Position numbers and translations under genes: made by a program. Under the pieces are notes generated by a model. It was not told the DNA's origin, did not search any database, and saw only the letters and a list, made by a program, of their open reading frames with translations. 32,320 nucleotides of DNA, taken from the IMG/VR virus record IMGVR_UViG_3300034084_000079, positions 1 to 32,320 of that record. One strand, given 5' to 3'. Of the stretch, positions 17,701 through 27,247 are shown piece by piece. Each line of letters starts with the position of its first letter. Position 1 is the stretch's first letter. Origin of the DNA: a virus. Lineage: Duplodnaviria > Caudoviricetes.

Positions 17701-18981
17701 TTGTCTGATGCTTTTGCAGGGGCAAATGATGATTTATCCTACAAACTCGCAACCATATCAGAATTAACCGGCGCAATGTCTGATATGCTTGGTTCTCTTG
17801 CAAAAGGAGATGTAATTGGTGCTATGATTAAAGTGGTGACCACAATTATCAGTATCAATAAACGGGTCAAACAAATGAATGCCGAAGCTCGTGAAGGTGT
17901 TCAAAAGTTTTATCAGACAGCCATTGAAGGGGAATTAACTTATAATGCATTGCTCCGTGAGCGTGAACGCCAATCTGCTGCAGCTCAGGCAAAACGACTT
18001 CTGGGTTTACAGAAAGAGGCTGCATTGCTTCGGTCTCAAACTTCTGAAATTGATAAGCAGTATCAGAACCTTTTGAATCAGATTCAGGGTCAGAAATACA
18101 TCATTGATCAGGAATATAAACACGGAACATGGTTCAGAAAGGCTCAGACAAAAACTACATATGGAACACTTGCCGGAAAGAGCTTTGAAGAGATTGAGAA
18201 ACTTTATAATGAAGGAAGATTAACCGAAGGTGCTACGGCCATTTATAAGCAACTCGAGAAACTTAAAAACGAGGGTAAAGATGTTGCAGAAACACTGGCT
18301 CAGATTGCAGAACAAACACAGGAGATATTCACAGGTACAACTGCAGATTCAATTACCAACAGTTTATTTGAGATGTTCAAGAACGGTCAGGTTGGAGCCC
18401 AGGAACTTGCAGACTTCTTTAAGCAGACAATGGATGATGCGGCTTTGAGCATATTTAAGAACAAGATTTTGGCATCTGCTATGGATAATTTCTATAAGGA
18501 GTTTGCCGAAAAAGCCCAGAGTGATGAAATAATAACAGAACAGGAGAGGGAGGATCTAAGGCTGATTTTTGAAACCCTTACCAAAGATGCAGCAAAGCAA
18601 TTTGATGACCTAAAGAAGATAACCGGCTCAGATCTTGGAGGCTCACAAGCTCAAAGCAAGTCAAACACCATGGCCGGAGCGATCACATCAATACGAGCAG
18701 AGCAAGCGGATCTATTGGCAGCCCGTATGGGGGGTATTCAATTATCTAATCTCGAAATGCTATCCATCCAACGTCAGCAGTTGGACATCAACAGGCAGTG
18801 CTATCAAATAGCCATAAACTCATTAAACACTTACCTGGCGATTGAGCGAAACACACTTCGAACTGCTGATAATACAGAAAGACTGAAAGGTATTGAAACG
18901 GCATTAGTGAGCATGGAAAAGAAGATATCAAGCAATGCAAATGCAGCAGCTGCAGCAGGGATTGGAGGATTTGGAGGATAA
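14701..18981 (+). CDS. Tail tape measure protein (1426 aa)
   Basis: Tape-measure N-domain (TPFGLQDVAAGAKQLLAYGF, QFANRGIPI, GQLSNLSDAW) and long coiled-coil sequence. Confidence 0.95.
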   Translation: MAVNVTGGPLEFVSSIDDRQFDTAINRMQRQINDLSGNIKRQGNDIDGFAKKISVAAASYFSVQAAGEFINSMVRVRGEFQQIEIAFTTMLKSKEKADQLMKEAVKLAAVTPFGLQDVAAGAKQLLAYGFSAKEVTQNLEMLGNIASGVGSQLTDVVYLYGTLKASGRVTQMDINQFANRGIPIYEALAQVIGKTTAEVRDYVSAGRIGFPQIEQAFKNMTGPAGQFFNLMQEQSKSLTGQLSNLSDAWARMLNDMGQSQEGILSDSISLAINLVDNYQQVLDILQALIIVYGSYRAALVAEAALKQIIAARTVGMTTAEILHYQALVLQTAATKAYNAVLAAMPLGMMTLGIAGLATAIYSLTQITDAATASQEVMNDSKEEGAKVADKELNKINHLMGVIKSQTSSIQQKEAAYKKLQETTNGTLNQYSLEQIAAGKAKVSIEEYIKSIQDAAAARKAWSEFQELADKRDDLTRNGIKSVSPWVQAGRALKNQFTPTSQGIGMMDWLKGWVGIGTSDRIVNQELAVVDQQMETLKKAFGDKFEEIISGETKAEAATPSKSKTRTEAFVEAEIKKLTEARSEYALASKEYADYTRQINALNEELARAQGKTTKSQKEYNDVLKERAKVLEDIIKAEQEAARDELTTNDREIQQAKDEYDILRLQAREKGLGPGAITRIDKIEERKTGNIRYKQQTNDLEDFLNKQKQLYEQFEQYKLEFGEDKARERFKNEIDLSKTYLKILQEQQDKFSNTDDGGQYTANEQDRLNGINERIRNELLLEQKKYDDAVRAASSHLEQVQAIRRKYADMANVLGSQITESQKAELIARMDDEIKAANKTAFEKTEIYRKLGRDIVQFTKDSLRDEIKAVEGLLKSDLNPALRSELERSLAMLKSQLEAGVNQSNIQALQNQADTLKKALSDPLIAGTELAEEYLKQLVEIEKKIQDLNNSSGLTQVLDLFNTLTGSGSKLSDIIPGTEKIEALATAFSKTFGNISRSFAQLSDAFAGANDDLSYKLATISELTGAMSDMLGSLAKGDVIGAMIKVVTTIISINKRVKQMNAEAREGVQKFYQTAIEGELTYNALLRERERQSAAAQAKRLLGLQKEAALLRSQTSEIDKQYQNLLNQIQGQKYIIDQEYKHGTWFRKAQTKTTYGTLAGKSFEEIEKLYNEGRLTEGATAIYKQLEKLKNEGKDVAETLAQIAEQTQEIFTGTTADSITNSLFEMFKNGQVGAQELADFFKQTMDDAALSIFKNKILASAMDNFYKEFAEKAQSDEIITEQEREDLRLIFETLTKDAAKQFDDLKKITGSDLGGSQAQSKSNTMAGAITSIRAEQADLLAARMGGIQLSNLEMLSIQRQQLDINRQCYQIAINSLNTYLAIERNTLRTADNTERLKGIETALVSMEKKISSNANAAAAAGIGGFGG

Positions 18982-18984
18982 GTT

Positions 18985-19416
18985 ATGGCTTTAACAGGTA
19001 AATATAAATTAGGCGGTTTAGATATCTATTCAACTTACAGAATGGTGATTCAGGAAGGGAGTAATCCTATCCTGCAATTCCGTAAGCCAAAACCACGCTT
19101 TACCAACGACTGGAAAGAAGAAAATGGACTTGAATATGATCTTACTGAAACCCCAAAGTATGAAGACCGGGTATTCCGCATTCAGGCTGTGATCATGGCT
19201 GATTCTGAAGCTGATTTTAATACACGGTATAATGCGCTGTATTCTGCCTTAAATGTTGCCGGAACTGTTACGCTTGAAAGTCTTGAATTAAGCAAAACTG
19301 TAAACGTGATCTATAGCGATATGCCTGATCTGGACAGACTAACCAGAATGAAGCATGGAGGTAAGGTAGTCGTAAAATTCACCTTGGAATTAAAGGAGGT
19401 TCAGCAGTATGTATAA
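18985..19416 (+). CDS. Probable distal tail protein (Dit-like)
   Basis: Follows the tape measure gene; NDWKEENG and KFTLELKE. Confidence 0.7.
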   Translation: MALTGKYKLGGLDIYSTYRMVIQEGSNPILQFRKPKPRFTNDWKEENGLEYDLTETPKYEDRVFRIQAVIMADSEADFNTRYNALYSALNVAGTVTLESLELSKTVNVIYSDMPDLDRLTRMKHGGKVVVKFTLELKEVQQYV

Positions 19417-21253
19417 CATCAAGCGAGGTGTAACGACTATTGCTACGGTTCGGCCTGAATCTGGATCCCAGATCAAAAAAATCATGGGTGAAAATCAGGT
19501 GGATATGGTTTTTACGCTGAATGCTCCTGTAGATTTTGCTATTGGTGATTGGGTAGAGGTATTTGGAGAAAATTACACTTTAAATGCATTACCTAATCTG
19601 GACAAGTCCAGCAATAACGAGTATAAATATAACTGCCAATTTCAGGGTATGCAATATGAACTTGCAAAGTACAATTTCATGATGCTGGATAGTTCAAATG
19701 TTCCTACTGAGCCTGATTTCTCCATCATGGGGAATGCCGAAACATTCATTGACCTACTTGTATTGAATGCCAACCGTGCCAGTTCAGGTTGGAGTAAAGG
19801 AGATGTTGATGTAACAGACATTAAGTCGATTGCGTTCTCAAATGCCAATTGTATGACTGCATTAAACCAGTTGGCCGTTGAATTTGAGAACGAGTTCTGG
19901 ATAGTTGGTAAGGTCATTCATTTCACCAAAAAAGGCGTGGCCTCTGGATTAACCTTTGAATATGGCAAAGGGAAAGGGCTTTACAGCTTTAACCGGCAGA
20001 ACAAAGAGGGGGCTTCCATTGTGACGAGGCTTTATGCCTATGGATCTACTCAGAACTTGCCATCAGGCTATCGCAATTATTCACAACGCTTAAAGCTTCC
20101 TGAATTGACTGGAAATTATATTGATCAGGGAGTTGCTGAATATGGGGTAATTGAAGGCATCCAGATTTTCGATGACATCAAGCCTGAACGTATTGGAACG
20201 GTGAGCGGGGTAAATGCAGGAAATGTTTTTGAGTTTACAGATTCGGCCATGGATTTTGACGTGAACGCTCAACTTTTGCCGGGTGTCGCTGTAAAAGTTC
20301 ATTTCCTGACCGGACTACTTGCTGGGTACGACTTTACAGTAAGTAGTTATAATCATACCACCAAAAAGTTTATCCTCAACAAGAATGATAACGAAAAGGC
20401 TATAGAGATACCTGGTTCTGTATTCAAGCCGGCGATTGGAGATACTTATTTTCTTTTTGATCTAAGTATGCCTTCTACTTATGTAACTGCCGCAGAGAAT
20501 AAGGTTCAGACACGGGCTGAGGCGTATTTGGCTCAAAATGCGTTGAGCCGGGTAATGTATAATGGCAATATTGATCCGCTTCACATCAAGCGTAACGGGA
20601 TCACAATTGTTCTGGGCAATAGCGTCATCATGAAAGATACACCACTCGGGATCAATGATGCTATTCGAGTGATTGGACTTACCAGAGGGATTATTCTGGA
20701 TGGGATTGAGCAGTACAGATATACCCTGGATTTAAGTGAGAGTGTTAAACCATCCAATGTTGTAAGATCGTTCGCTCAGCTTGAAAAGGTAAAGCAAGCG
20801 ATTCAAATTAATGACTTACTGAACCCTGCCAGAGCTCGTGCCAACTGGCGTTCATCACAGGAAATGCTGCAAATGGTCTTTGATCCGGATGGGCAATACT
20901 ACACCGATAAGATTAAGCCTGCCAGTATTGAGACTTTACACATCGCTGCAGGTGCAAGATCACAGGCATTTCAGACGAATGTTTTATTCCAGCCTTCCTA
21001 TGGAGGGGATGATACTCATTTTGTAAGCAGCTCCGGGACATTGGATCATTTTAGTATAGATCCTTCAGGAGTTCGGTCTTGGACGGTTGCAGCGAGCAAT
21101 TACACCGGGCTTGGATCAGGAGCGATGTACATCTATGCTAAATGCGCAAAGGTTGGAAGCTCCGGAACAATTCTGCTTTCTGCAAGCCAAATAACAGTAG
21201 ATCAGGATTCTGATTACTATCACTTTTTATGTGGGGTTTTACATGCAATATAA
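19409..21253 (+). CDS. Tail tip / baseplate hub protein (Tal-like); ends at an in-frame TAA abutting the fibre ORF
   Basis: FEYGKGKGLY, VTRLYAYGSTQNLP and YGVIEGIQIFDDIKP motifs typical of prophage tail hub proteins. Confidence 0.8.
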   Translation: MYNIKRGVTTIATVRPESGSQIKKIMGENQVDMVFTLNAPVDFAIGDWVEVFGENYTLNALPNLDKSSNNEYKYNCQFQGMQYELAKYNFMMLDSSNVPTEPDFSIMGNAETFIDLLVLNANRASSGWSKGDVDVTDIKSIAFSNANCMTALNQLAVEFENEFWIVGKVIHFTKKGVASGLTFEYGKGKGLYSFNRQNKEGASIVTRLYAYGSTQNLPSGYRNYSQRLKLPELTGNYIDQGVAEYGVIEGIQIFDDIKPERIGTVSGVNAGNVFEFTDSAMDFDVNAQLLPGVAVKVHFLTGLLAGYDFTVSSYNHTTKKFILNKNDNEKAIEIPGSVFKPAIGDTYFLFDLSMPSTYVTAAENKVQTRAEAYLAQNALSRVMYNGNIDPLHIKRNGITIVLGNSVIMKDTPLGINDAIRVIGLTRGIILDGIEQYRYTLDLSESVKPSNVVRSFAQLEKVKQAIQINDLLNPARARANWRSSQEMLQMVFDPDGQYYTDKIKPASIETLHIAAGARSQAFQTNVLFQPSYGGDDTHFVSSSGTLDHFSIDPSGVRSWTVAASNYTGLGSGAMYIYAKCAKVGSSGTILLSASQITVDQDSDYYHFLCGVLHAI

Positions 21254-24200
21254 ATGAGAGGTATTTCACTTACGTACGGACAAACGACTATTGATGGGGG
21301 ATTCATCAGAACTGGTGAGATATCCAGTTTGGATGGTATTACTAAGTTCAATCTGAATACCGGAGTGATTACAGGTAAGATCACTTTCGCTGCAGGATCC
21401 TCAGGCTATGCCAATATCTCGGATAAGCCAATTCTGGGCACACTATCAGGATTGAATCTGGTTGAACAGGCTCAGCTGGGAACAACTGTAATATCTGGAG
21501 GCTATCTTAATACCTCATTGATTGATGCGAACTACATCAGAACCATTGACCTGATCGCAACCAAGGTAACTACCGGGAAACTTCAGTCTGTAAATACCCT
21601 CAATTACTTTGATCTTGACAATAACAAGTTCAAGCTTGGCAACGCTATGAATTACATGGACTGGAATGTGACGACTCCAAACGTTCTTACTATCAAAGGC
21701 CATATCACAGCGGATTCAGGAACGATATCTGGAGTAACCATCAACGCCAATGATCAGTTCAGCTTGAATGGTAGTAAGGTTGAGATCTTGCCGAATGCCG
21801 GCATGAGAGTGTTTGGCGGTGGTTATGCTGACTTCACAAATTCGACTTTGAAAGTTCCGACCGCTGCGGCCTCCGGGCTTGCCAGTGGTGAAGCTGCTTT
21901 ATGGATCGGATCACTAAGCGGTGTCGCTTCCGGTGCTTCCGGTGGAAGTGTGGCCACGCTTTCGGACGTGGCTTTGTCCGGGCTTGCCAGTGGTCAGATA
22001 TTGGTATGGAACGGCTCGACATGGGTGAATCAAAACAATGTTCCAGCGGTTGACCTTTCAGCCTATTACACTAAAACCGAAACGCAGAACTTCTTTTCCG
22101 GGGCTTCGTCTATGTCCGGGTATAATAAGTCGAATTGGGATAGTGCCTATGCAGCGAGTCACAGCCATGCGAATAAGGCGTTTTTAGACGGAATTACCAG
22201 CGGGGCGACGGTGGGGATAAATGTTAGTGGAGATGCAGCAAGAACCCCGTTATTGGTTGGCTTGGGTTCATACGTTTGGAATGCTTCAACTCCGGCGACA
22301 TCTTACTCACTTGGTATTACTAACTCATTTGTTAGCCATGTTGAGGGATTCCCAGCATACGGTAGTTTGATGAACATGAAAACCTATGACGGAGGAAGTG
22401 CAGGAGGAACGTTACAGCTTTTCACACCATACGGAAACAGTTTCCCTTCAATTAATCTTAGGTATAGACTATCTGATTACAATACTGGGGCATGGTCTGG
22501 GTGGAAAATCCTTGCAAATACAGAGGACTTAGCTGCGTATTTACCATTAACAGGCGGAACATTATCAAGCTGGCTTCAAGTTAACTCCTATTTAGCCACA
22601 ACAGGGCACATTCATTCAGGTGGTAGAGTTTATGTTGACGGTGGGACGTCTTATTACATCACAAGCGGTACAAGTATCTTAAACGGGCTTTATCTCGCTG
22701 GTTCTCTTACGTACAATAGCAATGTGTTTAACAATTCTACCCCGGCTCATACAGACAACCCGGCAATGAGTATAAAGCTGTATGATGAATACAGCTCAGG
22801 AACAGCACCTCAAACCTATGGTACTGTTTTAGATATTCATGGAAGAAGCAGTCACAATCATACACAGATATTCTTCGGGTCAAGCGGGACGGATATTTAT
22901 GTACGCAATGCTTTTTACGGCTCGACTACATGGAACGGGTGGAAGCGGTTAATGAACAGTGATAATGTTGGTTCGTATGCGCCGTCTCTCACAGGAGTCG
23001 GAGCATCTGGAACATGGAACATAGGTATTTCGGGAACATCGGCTAATTCAAGTCAATTAAATTATTGGCCATACACTTCTTACGCATACAGAAATGGAGG
23101 TACAGGTTATTACCAAGTGAATGACTGGATACAATTGAACACTACAGCCGGTATATTTTGGCCTTCTTATTATGGTGCTCATATTACTGTAAACACTGCA
23201 TCTTCCTACACCCAGCTACAAATTATTGGGAGTAAAGGCTCTTATGGTGGGATCTACGATAGTTATTCAGGGGTCAATATTGGGATGTATGACAGCGCGG
23301 GTAACGGAGGGATTTACCGTGAAACGAATGGCCGATGGATATTATATCATCATATTAGTAATGATTGCTTAGGTATAGGCACTTCAACGACCTATGCAGG
23401 GTATAAAATGTACATCGGAGGTGCTTTGCGTGTAGGTTCAAGTACTTACTCAGAGACTTCTATTTCTGCTGGAACGTATATCAATGCAGGTTCAAGCATC
23501 GCTGCCAATACGACTATCAATGCAGGCACAAGTATGACGGCTCCTGATTTCTATGCAAACGGTGGATGGTTCAGGAATAATAGTCAGTATGGTTTATATA
23601 ATTCTGTATATGGTGGGCATTTTTCACAAGTATCCATTAATTATTGGTCAATTAATGGAGGTACCACAGCTCCAATGGGGCTAGAATTTAGATCAGGGTT
23701 TTTAGGTACTACTTATGGATATGTATATGCAGATGGTTCAAACTTCGGACTACTTTATGGTGGTAGCTGGGCAGTTAGAACGTTTTCAGGCGGTGGGGAA
23801 TTAACAGGTAACTGGTCTGTGACTGGTAGTCATACTATACAAGGTAGCCTGTCCGTAGGATCAACAGCTGGGACATCAGGATTTTATCACAGTCCTACCT
23901 CTGGCACTATTATCGGAAGTTATTCTGCATCACCGTGGCCGGGATTACACAACCTTTATGTACAAGGTAAGGTGGGGATAGGTACTTCGACGCTTTCATA
24001 CCAATTCAATGTACAAAGTTCTGCATCTGATTGGGCAGGAGTGATTTCAAGTTCAGCAAATGGTTCAGCCGTTTATTTCGCAAATGGCGCAGGATATGGT
24101 ATGCACATTAATGCTGGCTCAAACGCAGCGTCAAGTACCTACATTATAGAAGCATATTCAAATGGTTCGCAAAGGATGAGATTATGGGGGGATGGTGTAT

Positions 24201-24718
24201 TGCTTTTAGGAGTTGGAGAGCGGATTGATACCTCTACTTTACTTCAAGTCAAAGGAAACGCTCGTACATCAGGGTATATCTATTCTGAATCAGTTGGCTA
24301 TTTCGGCGGAGATGTAATCGCATACTACTCAGATTCTCGCTTAAAGACAATTAAAGGCAATATTACGAATGCCCTTGCAATGCTGCATCAAGTGGACGGG
24401 GTACACTACGAAGCGAATGACCTTGCAGTCAGCATCGGTGCAGTTAAGGAAAAGAAGAATGAAGTCGGCTTAATCGCTCAACAATGGCAGAGCTTCATGC
24501 CGGAGGTTCTTGCACTTGCGCCGTTCGACATGGACGGAAACGGAGGCAGCAAGTCAGGACTCAATTACATGACCATGAAGTATGAGAGAACAGTACCACT
24601 GATCATTGAAGCAATTAAGGAAGTGGATAACAAGTACACCCGTGAAATCGCTGCATTGAAGAATGAGATGTCATTTCTACAGACGAGGGTTGCAGACTTA
24701 GAAAGGAGGCTGAACTAA
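21254..24718 (+). CDS. Tail fibre/spike protein with C-terminal peptidase S74 intramolecular chaperone
   Basis: G/S/T/Y-rich modules and knob-like WSGWK/WNGWK segments. C-terminal YSDSRLK...VGLIAQ...YERTVPLIIEAIKE followed by a coiled coil. Confidence 0.88.
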   Translation: MRGISLTYGQTTIDGGFIRTGEISSLDGITKFNLNTGVITGKITFAAGSSGYANISDKPILGTLSGLNLVEQAQLGTTVISGGYLNTSLIDANYIRTIDLIATKVTTGKLQSVNTLNYFDLDNNKFKLGNAMNYMDWNVTTPNVLTIKGHITADSGTISGVTINANDQFSLNGSKVEILPNAGMRVFGGGYADFTNSTLKVPTAAASGLASGEAALWIGSLSGVASGASGGSVATLSDVALSGLASGQILVWNGSTWVNQNNVPAVDLSAYYTKTETQNFFSGASSMSGYNKSNWDSAYAASHSHANKAFLDGITSGATVGINVSGDAARTPLLVGLGSYVWNASTPATSYSLGITNSFVSHVEGFPAYGSLMNMKTYDGGSAGGTLQLFTPYGNSFPSINLRYRLSDYNTGAWSGWKILANTEDLAAYLPLTGGTLSSWLQVNSYLATTGHIHSGGRVYVDGGTSYYITSGTSILNGLYLAGSLTYNSNVFNNSTPAHTDNPAMSIKLYDEYSSGTAPQTYGTVLDIHGRSSHNHTQIFFGSSGTDIYVRNAFYGSTTWNGWKRLMNSDNVGSYAPSLTGVGASGTWNIGISGTSANSSQLNYWPYTSYAYRNGGTGYYQVNDWIQLNTTAGIFWPSYYGAHITVNTASSYTQLQIIGSKGSYGGIYDSYSGVNIGMYDSAGNGGIYRETNGRWILYHHISNDCLGIGTSTTYAGYKMYIGGALRVGSSTYSETSISAGTYINAGSSIAANTTINAGTSMTAPDFYANGGWFRNNSQYGLYNSVYGGHFSQVSINYWSINGGTTAPMGLEFRSGFLGTTYGYVYADGSNFGLLYGGSWAVRTFSGGGELTGNWSVTGSHTIQGSLSVGSTAGTSGFYHSPTSGTIIGSYSASPWPGLHNLYVQGKVGIGTSTLSYQFNVQSSASDWAGVISSSANGSAVYFANGAGYGMHINAGSNAASSTYIIEAYSNGSQRMRLWGDGVLLLGVGERIDTSTLLQVKGNARTSGYIYSESVGYFGGDVIAYYSDSRLKTIKGNITNALAMLHQVDGVHYEANDLAVSIGAVKEKKNEVGLIAQQWQSFMPEVLALAPFDMDGNGGSKSGLNYMTMKYERTVPLIIEAIKEVDNKYTREIAALKNEMSFLQTRVADLERRLN

Positions 24719-25224
24719 TGGCTCTACAATCCTCAGGACAAATATCCCTTTCAGAGGTAAATGAAGAACTTGGCAGGGCTTATAACAGTGAGATTGCGAT
24801 TCGTTTAGCCGAAACCGGGTATTATGTAGGGATAAATACTTGGTCAACTTATAAGCCAGGAGGAGCGACACCTGCATCGTTAAGCGAGTGGTACGGTTAT
24901 AACCACACCCAGCCAATGCCGACGCATAATGTCTATGTATATGCCGCGTATCATAGCGATAATGGCAGCGGAGGGGTAAACATAGCCGTTTATTTAGCCG
25001 AGGCGAACCCTGCATCTGTGACCTTTGGGGTACGAATTACATGGATTGACGACCTTACTTCTGCACTTACATATACCAATCACTTTGCAACCATACCGGG
25101 GGCGGGTTACATGTCCTATATGGTTGCAGATTGTTATCCCGGCTCTTTTGGAGTAAGCTTTTCCAGCGTGGCAATGCTTTCCGCTTCCCCGAACCCAAAT
25201 TACGACCAGCAATACGTATTCTAA
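24718..25224 (+). CDS. Putative fibre-tip / adhesin-like protein
   Basis: MALQSSGQISLSEVNEELG...SLSEWYG N-terminus, typical of proteins downstream of S74-containing fibres; TAATG overlap. Confidence 0.65.
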   Translation: MALQSSGQISLSEVNEELGRAYNSEIAIRLAETGYYVGINTWSTYKPGGATPASLSEWYGYNHTQPMPTHNVYVYAAYHSDNGSGGVNIAVYLAEANPASVTFGVRITWIDDLTSALTYTNHFATIPGAGYMSYMVADCYPGSFGVSFSSVAMLSASPNPNYDQQYVF

Positions 25225-26417
25225 TGGCAGCACCTATCACAGCATATCTCACTATTGACGCAAAGTTTCGGGGCGCAAACGACGTATTAATGTCTGTGAA
25301 CCCGGCACGAAGCATTTACGGGAGCGCGGCTGATCTCGAAGCTGCAAAAACGCTGATAAAAACCCTGTTTTATCTTGATGATATAATAGGGTTTAAGGCA
25401 AAATATGCGGGCATTGATTATCACGGGTTTTGGGGAGTTTGCATTACTGGCAGCACAAACTGGCAAATGCACAATTCGGCCAGATGGATTAATGTTTCGG
25501 TTGCCCGCAGCGTTTCAACGGTGTACACGTTTAACGATGCCGGGCTGAATACGCTGGGATTTGCCGGGCTACCAACATGCACAAACAAACAGTCAGGCGC
25601 GCATTCATTTCAGGCCTTTTTCCGGTCTGCCTATTATGTTCAAACAAGCGACCACCATATCGAGGTGAAACGTCTTGTCGGCGGGGTTGCAAATTTTAGT
25701 CAGGTTGTTCCTTTTGGGGGCATGGCACAGGCTGCCGAGGGGACAAAAACAGGCACGCCGGAGGCAGTGACGTTTGATTTTTCGGCAGGGGATTACATTG
25801 AAATGCGGTCAAAAATAGTTAATGCCGAGGGCACATACATTTCGGCAATGGTTTCATTCATTGTTGAGCCCCGTGTATACACAGCAAAATTTAACAGTAC
25901 TCATGCAAGCTGGGCGTGCAATAACACCGATGGAACTACCGAAGTGACTATTTATGTCTCCAACTGGAAGCTAAATAACGGGGTTGTGCTTTACTCAGAT
26001 GTTGAAATGACTACTAATGTCACTCCGGGTTATTACTCAATTTCTGGCCGTTGGTACAAGGTAGAAGCAGACTTAATGATCGGAGCGAATATCACTGATC
26101 AGGATGCTTGCGGTACATGGAGGTCGACAGACCCGGCTTATGTTCCACCTTATCAAGTTAAGAACTGGACACATTATGAAACCATGCTTTCTGGTAGCGA
26201 TGCCGGGTGCTTCGTTTACTATGCATCAGGCACGTATTCACCGAGAACCACTTACCGGAACATCAATAACAATAAACATTACGGAACATCAGCTGCAGCA
26301 ATCGCAGAGGGTACTTCGGGTTATGCCACTGATGGGTATTACTTCGAGGCAAGCGGAGGGGTAATGAATTGGTATGAGATTCAAAGCGGTGTGATCACCG
26401 ATTCAGGGATATGCTAA
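25224..26417 (+). CDS. Putative virion structural / receptor-binding protein (397 aa)
   Basis: Start moved to ATG 25224 (TAATG overlap). Tyr/Thr/Gly-rich, with two GYY...WY.V/I modules and several Cys. Confidence 0.6.
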   Translation: MAAPITAYLTIDAKFRGANDVLMSVNPARSIYGSAADLEAAKTLIKTLFYLDDIIGFKAKYAGIDYHGFWGVCITGSTNWQMHNSARWINVSVARSVSTVYTFNDAGLNTLGFAGLPTCTNKQSGAHSFQAFFRSAYYVQTSDHHIEVKRLVGGVANFSQVVPFGGMAQAAEGTKTGTPEAVTFDFSAGDYIEMRSKIVNAEGTYISAMVSFIVEPRVYTAKFNSTHASWACNNTDGTTEVTIYVSNWKLNNGVVLYSDVEMTTNVTPGYYSISGRWYKVEADLMIGANITDQDACGTWRSTDPAYVPPYQVKNWTHYETMLSGSDAGCFVYYASGTYSPRTTYRNINNNKHYGTSAAAIAEGTSGYATDGYYFEASGGVMNWYEIQSGVITDSGIC

Positions 26418-26428
26418 AAATTAAAATT

Positions 26429-26584
26429 ATGGAATATATCATCGCAGCAGCAGTAGTCATAGTGATTGCACTGTTCATCATCAAAAAGAAAAACAAGCCA
26501 AGTTCATCACAGCCTCAGGGAGGTTATGGAGTGAATGAGGACGAGAAGAAACCGGGAAAACACAATCAATTTAAGGAGGATTAA
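26429..26584 (+). CDS. Small single-pass membrane protein (51 aa, MEYIIAAAVVIVIALFIIKKKNK...), not in ORF track
   Basis: Manual translation; N-terminal hydrophobic helix followed by KKKNK; fills the gap. Confidence 0.7.
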   Translation: MEYIIAAAVVIVIALFIIKKKNKPSSSQPQGGYGVNEDEKKPGKHNQFKED

Positions 26585-26587
26585 TCA

Positions 26588-26887
26588 ATGGAAAGAACAT
26601 TATCGTTAACCACAGTTCGCAAAGTGTGGACTGCACAACAATCAGGCTGGAACCTGACATTTACCCTTGAACAGGGAAACAACACAACCATTTTTTGCAA
26701 TGGGTTAAAGCAGGATGAGAACGCACAAAATCCACCGGCTCCTGCTTCATCTGCAAACCTGAACGCTCATCTTAACCCGGCCAATAATACCAGTACTGTG
26801 AGCTTTAACGGCACTACTCACGATAGCGTACTTGCAACAGCAATCATTGCCGAAATGGAAGCAATTTTAGTGGAGGAGGCAGTATAA
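26588..26887 (+). CDS. Hypothetical protein (99 aa)
   Basis: ORF in the late operon; TAATG overlap with the next gene. Confidence 0.7.
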   Translation: MERTLSLTTVRKVWTAQQSGWNLTFTLEQGNNTTIFCNGLKQDENAQNPPAPASSANLNAHLNPANNTSTVSFNGTTHDSVLATAIIAEMEAILVEEAV

Positions 26888-27243
26888 TGGGAGTGAAAAT
26901 TAAAGAAAAGAAAGAGACAGCTGAGGCCGTAGCACCTGCAAAGATTCCATACTTCATGCTTGGAGTAATTAGTGATTTAATCGGAAAATTCTCTTGCAAA
27001 AGCTATGAGGACTTTGAATTGATTAAGGGTAAAAAAGAAGCGTTAAACAAACAGTTACAAACCCTTGCAGAAAAAGCCGGAGGCGATCAGGCAAAGGCAG
27101 ATGTGATTTGGAGGACTGAGTCCGATCTTACTAAGACTGAGTTTGCATGGCTGGAAAAGGAAAACTTCAAAGCAATGATCCCGGAGCTTGGTTTGTCAGC
27201 TGATCAAATTGGAGTGTTGGAGTTCTGGGCGGTAAAAGATTAA
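26887..27243 (+). CDS. Hypothetical protein (118 aa)
   Basis: ORF in the late operon. Confidence 0.7.
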   Translation: MGVKIKEKKETAEAVAPAKIPYFMLGVISDLIGKFSCKSYEDFELIKGKKEALNKQLQTLAEKAGGDQAKADVIWRTESDLTKTEFAWLEKENFKAMIPELGLSADQIGVLEFWAVKD

Positions 27244-27247
27244 AACT

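Noticed and set aside
25131-25223. Upstream extension of the 428-aa ORF, and similar extensions at 645, 2670, 30469 and 30731
   Set aside because: They overlap neighbouring genes, promoters or hairpins, or use weaker start codons; downstream ATGs fit better.
21254-26417. Diversity-generating retroelement or invertible shufflon acting on fibre genes
   Set aside because: No reverse transcriptase, no TR/VR pair differing at adenines, no inverted fibre cassettes or adjacent invertase seen. The only recombinase looks like the integrase.
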